A stretch of 64,000 nt of DNA from the NCBI GenBank assembly GCA_026023565.1, contig JAPETS010000069.1, positions 1 to 64,000 on the forward strand. The letters run 5' to 3'. This document shows, piece after piece, positions 1 to 9,396 of this stretch (positions within the stretch are counted from its first letter, which is position 1; each line of letters opens with the position of its first letter). The position numbers were made by a program, and so were the translations under genes. A model generated the notes under the pieces. It saw only the letters and a program-made list of their open reading frames with translations, made no database searches and was not told where the DNA came from. The DNA comes from Cirrosporium novae-zelandiae. Lineage: Eukaryota.

Positions 1-121
1 ATGCATCCAGGCCCTCGCCGTACTACTTCTGCACACGGCCTTTTTGTCCTACCAAATCTTTTCGCGGGTCACGTACTCGGCCTTTTTTTATTTTTCTAAA
101 TTTTTTTATCATTATCATTAT

Positions 122-374
122 TATTAGGGCAGCGCCACATTCAGGCTGTGTGATAGGATAACTATCTAAGTAGTGGGTAATTAACTAGAATACTATAGGG
201 TTCGTATTCGAGACGTCAGAATGATGATAGCTTTAGGAGTGCCCCCTGAGGTGGATGCAAAAGTTGAACGCTGCCCCCATAATACGTGGGGTAGCGTTCT
301 TCTTTATAGGATTACTCAGGCGCCAAGCGAGCGCTTCGTAAGCGCATAGACGTGATGCTTGGCATGCCCTAACA
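122..374 (-). mobile_element. LTR (253 bp), inverted copy of the LTR at 2266-2518
   Basis: The reverse complement begins TGTTAGGGCATGCCAAG and ends GGCGCTGCCCTAATA. It aligns end to end with 2266-2518, has the same length, and differs mostly by transitions. No TSD is visible. Confidence 0.9.
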
Positions 375-892
375 CAAACGCCATTCGAACGGTGTTATAA
401 ATTTAAACCGAGTTTACGTATAAATATCGATAGCGAAACCCTAGATAGGGAAACCCCGGCCGCAAAACATTTAGCGATCCATTCGTAGAACTTTTCCGAC
501 TAGTAAAACCAATAGGCCAAAATATTTATATATTGGAATTACCTCCTACTTATGGCCGAGTACACCGAACCTTCCATGTCTCATTGTTAGAACCATACAA
601 AAGAAAAAACGGTAAACCACCCCCAGACCCTATCCAGATAAATCATGAAGACGAATACGTCGTCGAGCAAGTATTAGGTGAACGTAACAAGCAAAGGGTA
701 CGAGAATTCCTCGTAAAATTAGAACGTTGGGAAGAAGAGTACAATAATTGGGAACTAAAAAATAATCTCGAGCATGCTCAAGAATATATTAAGGAATACA
801 GGGAAAGAAGCAAAGCTCAGAGAGTAATATTCCTAACTACTAAGCGGGCGAGCCGCAGGCGAGGCGCCCCAAAAGCGCAAGCCAATGTCTAA
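375..892 (+). pseudogene. Truncated C-terminus of Ty3/Gypsy integrase with chromodomain (chromovirus pol remnant)
   Basis: TPFERCYKFKP..., then IYILELPPTYGRVHRTFHVSLLEPY (GPY/F-module region) and the chromodomain EYVVEQVLGER...REFLVKLERWEEEYNNWE...NLEHA. It appears internally deleted and is cut at its 5' end by the inverted LTR. Confidence 0.88.
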
Positions 893-936
893 AAATACAA
901 ATTGGCATGATAGCCATAACCACCAAAGACCACAAT

Positions 937-1825
937 CTAATCAGAATCACTCATTGAAGTATTATCATCAGAACTAGAGGAAGCGTTACTAGTAGCTTCC
1001 CCGCCCTCGTCACGCAAGCGTCGGACTTCCTCAAGGGCCTCGTCAACAGCGACTCCATCTTCACTATCTTTCTCTCCAGAATCGTCATAACCTTTTTCAT
1101 CTTCTTGAGCGACGCCGGGCCAAGCAAAGGGCTCCAAATTGTTCTAGATAGGCGGTTAGCACGCGAAATATATGGAAAACTCGGACATACCACAAAGCAA
1201 TAGGCGTCAACGCCAGAACGAACGGCATAAGTTAAGGCACCAATAGTATTAAAAAGGTCGGAAGAATCGGAAAAGGCGGCGGAGCGACTAGCGAAAGCAC
1301 CAGAGCGTCGGCCGGATCGCATGGGAGAATCAATGGTGGCGGCGGCACTGGTTTTGGAGTTCTGCGTGCAATAATGGAGTGTAAGAGCATCCTCGATAAC
1401 TTGGGCACGCATCTTGGGCTCTTGATCGGCACGGTATGCAGCACTAGTCCAATGGAGATTCTCCACAGCGTTCCGAAGGTGGGGAGGGACCTGAACACGT
1501 GTTTAGCACGCGTCTAGCATAACAGCAACATGGGTATACTCACGGGAACACATGCATGGCGCATTTTTTGACATCTAACACACTTCTTCATACCAAACTG
1601 GATAACACATGTCGCAATACCTTCAGGATTTTTTATGTAACTTCTAACACATCGTTGACACCATTCTCTCCTGCGAACCTCAGTAGTTTTTGAGACTCAG
1701 TGTCCTGTATCTAGTAATTTTTTTGGCCTGTCAGGAGGTTTCCCTCCTGACCCACCAGAGACAGCACTACCACGACGGGAGGTCGCAGGTGCAACACCTG
1801 CGAGAAAACGAGAAGAAGCATTCAT
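937..1825 (-). pseudogene. Spliced antisense accessory gene inside the retrotransposon: variant Cys6 zinc cluster plus acidic C-terminus (~262 codons, one premature stop)
   Basis: Exons are 1825-1544, 1490-1191 and 1143-937. The phase-0 introns are 1543-1491 (GTGAGT..GCTAAAC..CAG) and 1190-1144 (GTATGT..GCTAAC..TAG). The motif is CQRC-x13-C-x8-CVRC-x6-C. There is one in-frame TGA at 1699-1697. Confidence 0.75.
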
Positions 1826-2250
1826 GATAACAATAAAAACAAATGATGTAAAGCGAACGAAGTATAGAAAGATAGTTGGTGAAAAGTAAACAAAATTATC
1901 AGAAAACAGATGAAATTAAGGTGGAAGAAAATATTTAAAGAAGAAAGTGAGAAAGAGAGAGATTTATAATCACAAGGACGTGTTGTCAATAAGCAAAATA
2001 TCTAACAACAACACTATTATCATCACTCTTAATTACGCGTTGCGCACGTTTAACACAATTATACTGTCAACAAATACTTCTACTACTGAAGTGTTTACCC
2101 CAAACAACACCGGGATTCAATAACACGTTGAGTTCCGCCTAGTAAGTCAGGGACTTGACTAGGTCCTCTCGTGCGAAGCACAGAGGTAGCTTGTCGTTAA
2201 CGCGATAATGGAGATGGCTATTGTCTATGAGGTTTGAGGCCAAACCTCCC

Positions 2251-2265
2251 AAGGAAGGGGGCAAT
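2251..2265 (+). other. Polypurine tract of the LTR retrotransposon
   Basis: AAGGAAGGGGGCAAT lies directly before the TG of the 3' LTR. Confidence 0.85.
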
Positions 2266-2518
2266 TGTTAGGGCATACCAAGTGTAGACATCTACGCGCC
2301 TGCGAGACGCTCGCTTAGCGCCTAAATAACCTTATAAGGAAGAACGCTGCCCCACGTCTCAAGGGGCAGCGTTCAACTTTTGCATCTACCTCAGGGGGCA
2401 CTCCTAAAGCTATCATCATTTTTGCGCCTCGAATGCGATCTCTATAGTATTCTAGTTAGTTAATCACTACTTAGATAGTTACCCTATCACACAGCCTGAA
2501 TTAGGCGCTGCCCTTACA
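2266..2518 (+). mobile_element. 3' LTR of the Ty3/Gypsy chromovirus (253 bp)
   Basis: TGTTAGGG...CCCTTACA termini form short inverted ends. It is preceded by the PPT and lies downstream of the integrase-chromodomain. Confidence 0.9.
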
Positions 2519-3007
2519 CATATGCTCTCAATATTAAAAAATCTCGAATAGAAAATGACTTAAGAGTATTCTGTTATTATTCACAACTTTGAACTCGACG
2601 ATATCTTTACTTAGAGGAACTGGCCATATAAAAATAACTGGACTGGTCCTTCTGCAAGTTCTGTTTTAGTAAATTTCTTTGGAAATCCTCCTCTCTTATT
2701 TTCCGCTGTTATATAAGTCGTGATTGCATCTAACGTGGTCTCCATCAATCTTCTTAGATTACGTCTTTTTTTGCAAATTCGAAGGGCTCCAAAAGTCAAA
2801 AAACGCCTCAAATATGCAAATACGAAACTCGCAACTCCGGTTCATAACGCGGCCTAAGTTAAGCTTAAGGCTTTCAACCTTCGGCTTAACTGGGTTTGTT
2901 TTTAGCGCTTCTAAGGCTAAAGTTATAAATATAAGTGTACTATATATTATACTTGCCTTTTTCTTCGTCTTTTTCTTATTTAAGAGGGATTCCAAAATAA
3001 AGTAGAA
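2519..3007 (+). mobile_element. Possible highly degenerate, AT-rich retroelement fragment
   Basis: A stop-interrupted frame near 2550-2630 reads ENDLRVFCYYSQL*TRRYLYLEELAI, with spacing like the Gypsy integrase E..LR.FC.Y.Q..W...L...E.A motif. The rest is uninterpretable. Confidence 0.3.
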
Positions 3008-3150
3008 TGTTACGACGCCTAGGATATGGGGCTCAGTGAGGCCCAATCTAGGGGTATAACTGGTGTGGATTCTATAACTAAGGAGGCTAGGTCTAAGGTG
3101 CAAGGTGAGGATCTATATACAGTGGGTCATGTGGCTTGGCATCCGTAACA
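3008..3150. mobile_element. Solo LTR (143 bp) with 5-bp target-site duplication
   Basis: TGTTACG...CGTAACA inverted termini, flanked by TAGAA at 3003-3007 and 3151-3155. Confidence 0.85.
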
Positions 3151-3253
3151 TAGAAGATGGAAATAAATATTTTATGTTGTTTGTTAGGGTTGCTATCTAT
3201 GGCTATGGTATGTTATACTATTTGCATTTACTGTGCCTTTCTTATTAGCTTAC

Positions 3254-5325
3254 TTAGTATGGCCTCAATCCGACTCTTTTTCCTTTGATCTACAATTCGT
3301 TAGAAACTATGTTAATACCTTCAAATATCTACGAAAACAGCAGCACTCACATCAAAAACCGCCCCAACCCCCTTAAAAGCCCCCTCCCCCAAAACTCCCA
3401 TCCCCATTCCCGCCCCTTCCTGGCCAAACCCCAGCTCCACGCCCACAACACCCCCAACGCAATACCCCCCCTGAAGATCCAATCGTCCAAGACTAAGCCC
3501 TCCGCCGAGGATATCAGATGCGGTACTCAGGATTGGCATTTGGAATGAGGCGAAGGAGGAGAGTTGGAGGGTTATGATTGGAGGGTTCAGGCAGGGGTAG
3601 GTGTAGAATTCGGGGTTGAAGTTGGTGGTGGTGAGGTTTAAAGGAAGGAAAAGACGTTTGGAACCTGGGATTGAGGCGTATAAAGTTTTTGCGTGAAAGG
3701 GGGGAAGGAGGACGGGGAAAGGGGTGTTTATCTGGAGGTGAGTTAGCTGGGTTGATTTGTTTTCATGTGGTATGGTGTGTCTATGGTTACGGTTATGGAT
3801 GAGGGAAATAGAGGGTGAGGGGTTTACTTACATCGAGAATAACAGGTATATTCCTTAAAACACTAGCGGCATTAACCTGTACCGATTGAAGGAGAATCTG
3901 CCACCATCCCTCGGCACCTAGAACAGGCGTGAAGTGCCATTTCCCGTTGGTTTGCCAATTACTATTGTGGTTACGGTTTTGACCAGGCTCGATATTCGAT
4001 ATTGGGTTTCGTTCGGTGATGGGTTTGATGTTAAGACGGGCGTTTATACCTGGAGTTGCGGCTGACTGTGCGACCGAGTCGGATTGAGGCTCCCCTGGAG
4101 GAGGGGATGCGACTATACCTATATCTGATTGTCCTGTTCTCGTCATGTTCACGTTCTTGTTCAGGTTTTCCACTTGCCTCAAACCCTTCATCGAGTCTTC
4201 GTCAGCTATCGATATCGTTTCATCCACCTTTCCGACTGAACCCTTCTTAGCCTCCCCTGCCTTTTCTAACTGCCATTCCACTTCTCTCATAACCCTCTCG
4301 ACCCCCATTTCTGCCGTCCCGCCCAAACTCAAAATTCCTGTTTCGCCATCGATCAGCATGATGCTCCATACTTCCCCTTTAATCAGCCCTTTGCTAACCA
4401 GCTGCTTCAGCAGTCCTATATTTGAATTTAAAGAAATCTGGTTGAGGGTGGGGGATGGCGCGAGGCCTAGAATGCTTCCTGGAGGGAGTAAGGTTTGGAG
4501 TGTAGATGGGTGAGCCCGACAATGTGGGAAGACGAGAGGGAAAGATATAGGGTGGGATTCTGGGTGTAGATGAGGGCGGAAGTGAAAGATCTCTGTTGGG
4601 AGGGTACAGTGGGAAAGAAGATATTGGTTTGAGGGTACTATAGAGAGAGATATGATTAGTACGAGTAGTCAAGTAGTGATATCTTGGTTCATCACGGGCT
4701 AAATCATTATAATTAGATAGATTGTGAAATCTAAATACCTCTCGACAAACTTCAACTTAGATTAGCAAAACGTACCATAGCTCTCACTCCTTATTTCCTT
4801 ATACCCTTTCTGCGTCCACCCTCTCGTGGCTGTCGTCCCCCACACAAACCATTCCGAACTCAAAAAGTCTACCTCAACTTCAACTTTCTGCTCCGGTTCT
4901 CCCATTCCCATTTCGATATACCACCTTCCTTCTTGTCCAATCCCTATATTCGACATACCCATCAGATCCAGGCCTCCATGCTTAGAATTTTGCAATTTTG
5001 TCTCTTTTGGTTTCCGAATAAGCCTATTGGATGATAGTTCGCGGGCCGTGTGATCAAAGCGAGAGACGGTTTGAGAGAGAAGGTAAATTAGATGAGTGAG
5101 GTTAGCGAGTTGGTTTGTGGGTCCCGAGGTTTGGGGGGATGGGTTGGTGATCAATGATCCACCACGGCGGCGGAGGGGATAGTGAAAGACTTGGAGGTTG
5201 AGCTGAATAGAGGCGTCAATTGGTGTTGGCAATGGGGTACTGAGAGTGGCGACATATAGGACCAGTAAGATGAGAATAGATAATGTACTATAATTCATGG
5301 GGAGAATTGGAAGTGTATGCCACAT
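3254..5325 (-). CDS. Secreted pepsin-fold (A1 aspartic peptidase-like) protein, probably catalytically atypical; multi-exon
   Basis: Hydrophobic signal peptide, WYIEMGMGEPEQKVEVEVDFLSSEWFV, ILGLAP, LSLGG, WWQILLQSVQVN, ILD|INTP, YPCLNPP, VLGEGAFKGVGAVFD. The last exon IKGKRVGLRPY* follows a GTGAGT..TAG intron. The start could instead be the ATG at 5298. Confidence 0.8.
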
Positions 5326-5802
5326 TGTAGATATCTCTATGTGGTGACCATATGATGAAACCCTTCTTTTCGATTAGATGTGTGGCGATCTAGGAGTTTG
5401 AGCTAAGGCGATAACTACGACAGTGAAGCTTTAGGTGACGATGTGTAACGAGGTGGAATAGTCCACTTGCCTGGATAGCCTGAGATTCCAAGATTGGAGA
5501 AACAACATAGAAGATATGGCTAGCTGCAGTGTTTTCTCTTATTGGATTACCTCGTTAGTATTCTTTTAATATCGGAATAAACTCTGAATCGGCTTGCATG
5601 CTGTATTTTCTTCTTCGTGATATGTATACATCTCATGAACAAATTCTCAAGAATTCTTCTAAAAAGCCATGTTTAGATATTTTCATCATCCGATAGCGCC
5701 TTACAAATGTTAATAGCAAAATTTGACCTACCATTCTATGCCATAGAAACCTAGCATGGCTAAAATCCATGGCATGCTATTTTTATCCTACCTTAATGCA
5801 CG

Positions 5803-8507
5803 TTAGCTTCTTAGAGTCGACATCAACGACATATTCTCCAGATCCTCTACTTCTGTCATCCTCAATGCCTCATCCACGCTCTTCACAAAATATCTCATAC
5901 CGCCACACTTCTCCACGATCCCGCTATTGACAAACCTCTGAAACACAGGAGTATTCTCCTTGGGCACTCTACAGAAGAAGACTCTCACGTTTCTCTCCAC
6001 ATAAGAATCCACAATTTCTTTCAGCACTTGCGTCCCCGAGCCGTCAAGGCTCGTCACGCCATGAACATCAAAGATAATGTTTCGATTGTGTTCTTCGGCT
6101 CGTAGTCGGGGGAGCGCAGGATGCGCAGTCGTGGTGCCGTACATCTCAAGCCTTCTCAAACGGCTTTTGAGATCACCCGTGTTGGCAAAGGTTAGCGGTT
6201 CTGGAATCTTGACGATAAGGCAGCCCTCAATAAACTCGATTTTATCCGGGTCATCTTCCGCATTTTGAAATTGGGTCGTGGTACCTGGAACTTTCCCTAG
6301 AATCTGAATGCGGGGCTTGGTAGAGTGCCGAATTACATTCAGGATGGAAAGGCCCATTCCGAGGGCGATACCGAAGGGTAGTGAGTAAAAGATTGTAGCT
6401 GCAAAAACAAGGAACATAAGGCCAAGATCTGACCAGCCGCCGATACGGATAAAGAACTTTATGTCGTGGGGGCATTCTTCGACGAGAGAGTATGCGACCA
6501 CCGATATCATAGCTGACAAGACAGATTTCTGGCAAAGATCAGCAACCACCGCAAACATGGGAGAAAAACTACTCACGGGGAGGTAGTAAAACGATGGCAG
6601 TAGGAACAAAACGCAAATTACAGATATCAAGCTCAAGAAGAGACTACTCATAGGTGTCTTTCCACCAGTAGAAGCATTGACTTTACTCCTGCCATATCCA
6701 CCAAACGCAGGCATGGCCATGAAGCACCCTCCAATGATATTGGCAGTACCAAGAGCCACGAGCTCACGATTGGGACTGAGGTTGACTCCCTGGATGCCAT
6801 CTCTACCATCAGCCCCGCCAAGGGCTTTAGCAGCCACAGAAGATTCGAAGAATCCGAGCAGGGCGATCAAAAAGGATGTTCCCATGGCCTCTCGCACATG
6901 CTTCATATGAGATGGGACAAATGGAAAGTGAAAGGTGAAAGTACCCCCACTTCCGGACCTTACATCCCCAAGAACATGCACACCCTTCTCATCCAGATTT
7001 AATTTCCAGGTTAGAATGGTCGAGAGCACAACCACTAAAAACCGATCCGGTATAAAAGCAACATTCGGAAACCTCGGCTGAAGCCGCTTCTTTAGTTCTC
7101 TGTATCAACCGGTCAGATGGTAAGCTTCAGGAACTCATCTTGCAGCTCAGTATCTTACCTGAAGAACATAATAATTGTAAAACTTCCAAATGCCATCCCA
7201 CATGTAAGCCCATGAGCATTGCCAACATTTCTTATCAAAAACATCAGTTTCTCCACCGTACTCCCATGGCTAACATCTTTCGCCAACCTGGAAAGCCCCA
7301 TCTCAGGGATAAGCTGGTCCACTAAAATTACAAAGCCAATGGCGCTGATAAAACCTCTGAGAAACGGTCGGCTAAGGACATTGTCCAGGAATCCTAGTCT
7401 AAAGAGTCCTGCTATAAATATAATACCCCCTGCCATTCCGGTAACCACACCAGCAATCCGTGCATGCAGAACCATATCTTCATCAGTAGGGTCGCTCTCA
7501 TGGATCACGGAGCCCGTGAGGAGAGAACCAGCTGCTTCTGGCCCAACAACCATCTGAGGACAGCTTCCAAGAAGGGCGTAAATAAAAGGATTGAAAACAA
7601 AAGCGTAGAGACCATTTATTGGTGGAACGTGTCCGAGGTTCGAGGCATAGGAGAGAGCCATTGGGATATAGAATGATGCCATAGTCAGAGCAGCGACGAG
7701 ATCGCCTTTGAGATAGGACCATTTATATTGCTGTATCCAATTGGCAAACGGAAAATAATACGACAAATACCTGTACAAGAAACTAGTTATTAGCAAAAAA
7801 GAGCATATGATATTGTAAATCTGTATTGCAATGGCTGGACTCGATGCAAAATCGGTAACTGTCTGTGGAATCACGTACATTCTTTTCGAAGTCTTCATTC
7901 CCGTCCTACGCAACAACAGTTGTCCTGGTGCAGCCTTCAAGGCATCTCTGCTACCTCCACCATTACTGTCGCCATCCAATAGCCCCTGGGTCTCGTCAGA
8001 AACACTCTCAACATCTCTGCCACCAATTGAACCATAATCAAATCGCGGAGTGAAGTCCCCCAAACTTAGAGGCGACTGAGGTCTTGGAGAAAACGTTCCA
8101 TGATTGCATATCTTATTCCCACATGCGTGCCCACGATCATAAGATTCTAACAGCTTTGTTCTCGCATCTACATCGACCTCTGTGTTAATTTCTCCTCCCG
8201 TGTTTGCATTTTCTCCTCCAACAGCTTCTACTCTGTCGGAACCCGGAGGATGTACACCGTCATCGTCGACTCTGCTGTTTAAACGTAGTGGAGACATTGG
8301 TTCAACTTCGAATTTGCTTCTTTCTCCGGATTCTATGGCATCATCGCCGTAGGACGAGGCTGGTGGTGTGTGTGACTTGCGCAGATGACTCGGATTTAGA
8401 GGCGCATGCTGATGTATGGAGGCTGACCTTCCGCCGGAAGTTTGCGAGTCAGATCGGAGACGGGAATGCCTGGAGGGAGATCTCGAAGGAGAAGAGGGCG
8501 ACGACAT
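5803..8507 (-). CDS. SLC26/SulP anion (sulfate) transporter with STAS domain; multi-exon
   Basis: GDLVAALTMASFYIPMALSYA, GLFRLGFL, NRELVALG..N, and STAS motifs EPLTFAN and IIFDVHGVTSLDGSG. Resembles yeast YPR003C-type transporters. Confidence 0.92.
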
Positions 8508-9396
8508 GATAAATTAATAAAGAGTCAATGGTCTGGCAGCAACATGCTGCGCAGGCTGACTATTATCGGCAGGGCATAACTACAAAAGCAAATCTTTACG
8601 CAAGGGCCGCCTCTTCGAAGTTTAATCATTTTTGAAAATTACCGAAAGGGTCATTAGCTGAAAGCTAGTCATAGGGTCCGAAACCGCAACGGCTATTCAC
8701 CACAGCAATAGGTACTAAAATTTTCTCAAGCCATCGTCTTACAGTAGACATCAACTACAAAAGTCATCTGCTCTATTATCCAAAATGTGGCGTCGCCCAT
8801 GGTGGGTAAGACAACTGAGGACCGAGCAGGCGTTTATCTTATATACTCATTACAGATGTACTACAATGTGTACCACAAGGCCATGTTCAAACTCCATTTC
8901 ATTCTTCAACTAGAACTGATCGATTTCCCTAGTGTAGTCTGGTATCATCAAGAAAGAAAAGAGAAGAAAGGCGCCAAACAAACATAGAAGGAGAGGAAAC
9001 TCTCCTGCATGAGCTCAAACCCAACTGTCTTTTACTTGGTCCTAGCCAGCACTAAGGTGCGGGTAGGGCAAGGAGAATAGGAAGGGTGAAGCACAAAGAG
9101 ACGCAGACACAAATGCAGACAAAGTGGTATATCGGTGGCTTTCGTTGACTTGCTTTGAACCCGTTAATAGCGCTCCATCACACGCTCACGCTTACCCACC
9201 CTGCAATCAAAACTGAAAAGATTCACATAACCTGCCCAAGACCAACAACAAACACAACATAAAACGCAGACCGAGTAAAGAAACAATGCTTTTCTCGAGT
9301 GTGCAAAACAGAAATGTAAACGATTTTCGAATTCGAGGGGTATCTTTTTCAGAAGTTCTCCATAAAAAGCCCAGTCATTTTTTTCCACTTTTTTTT

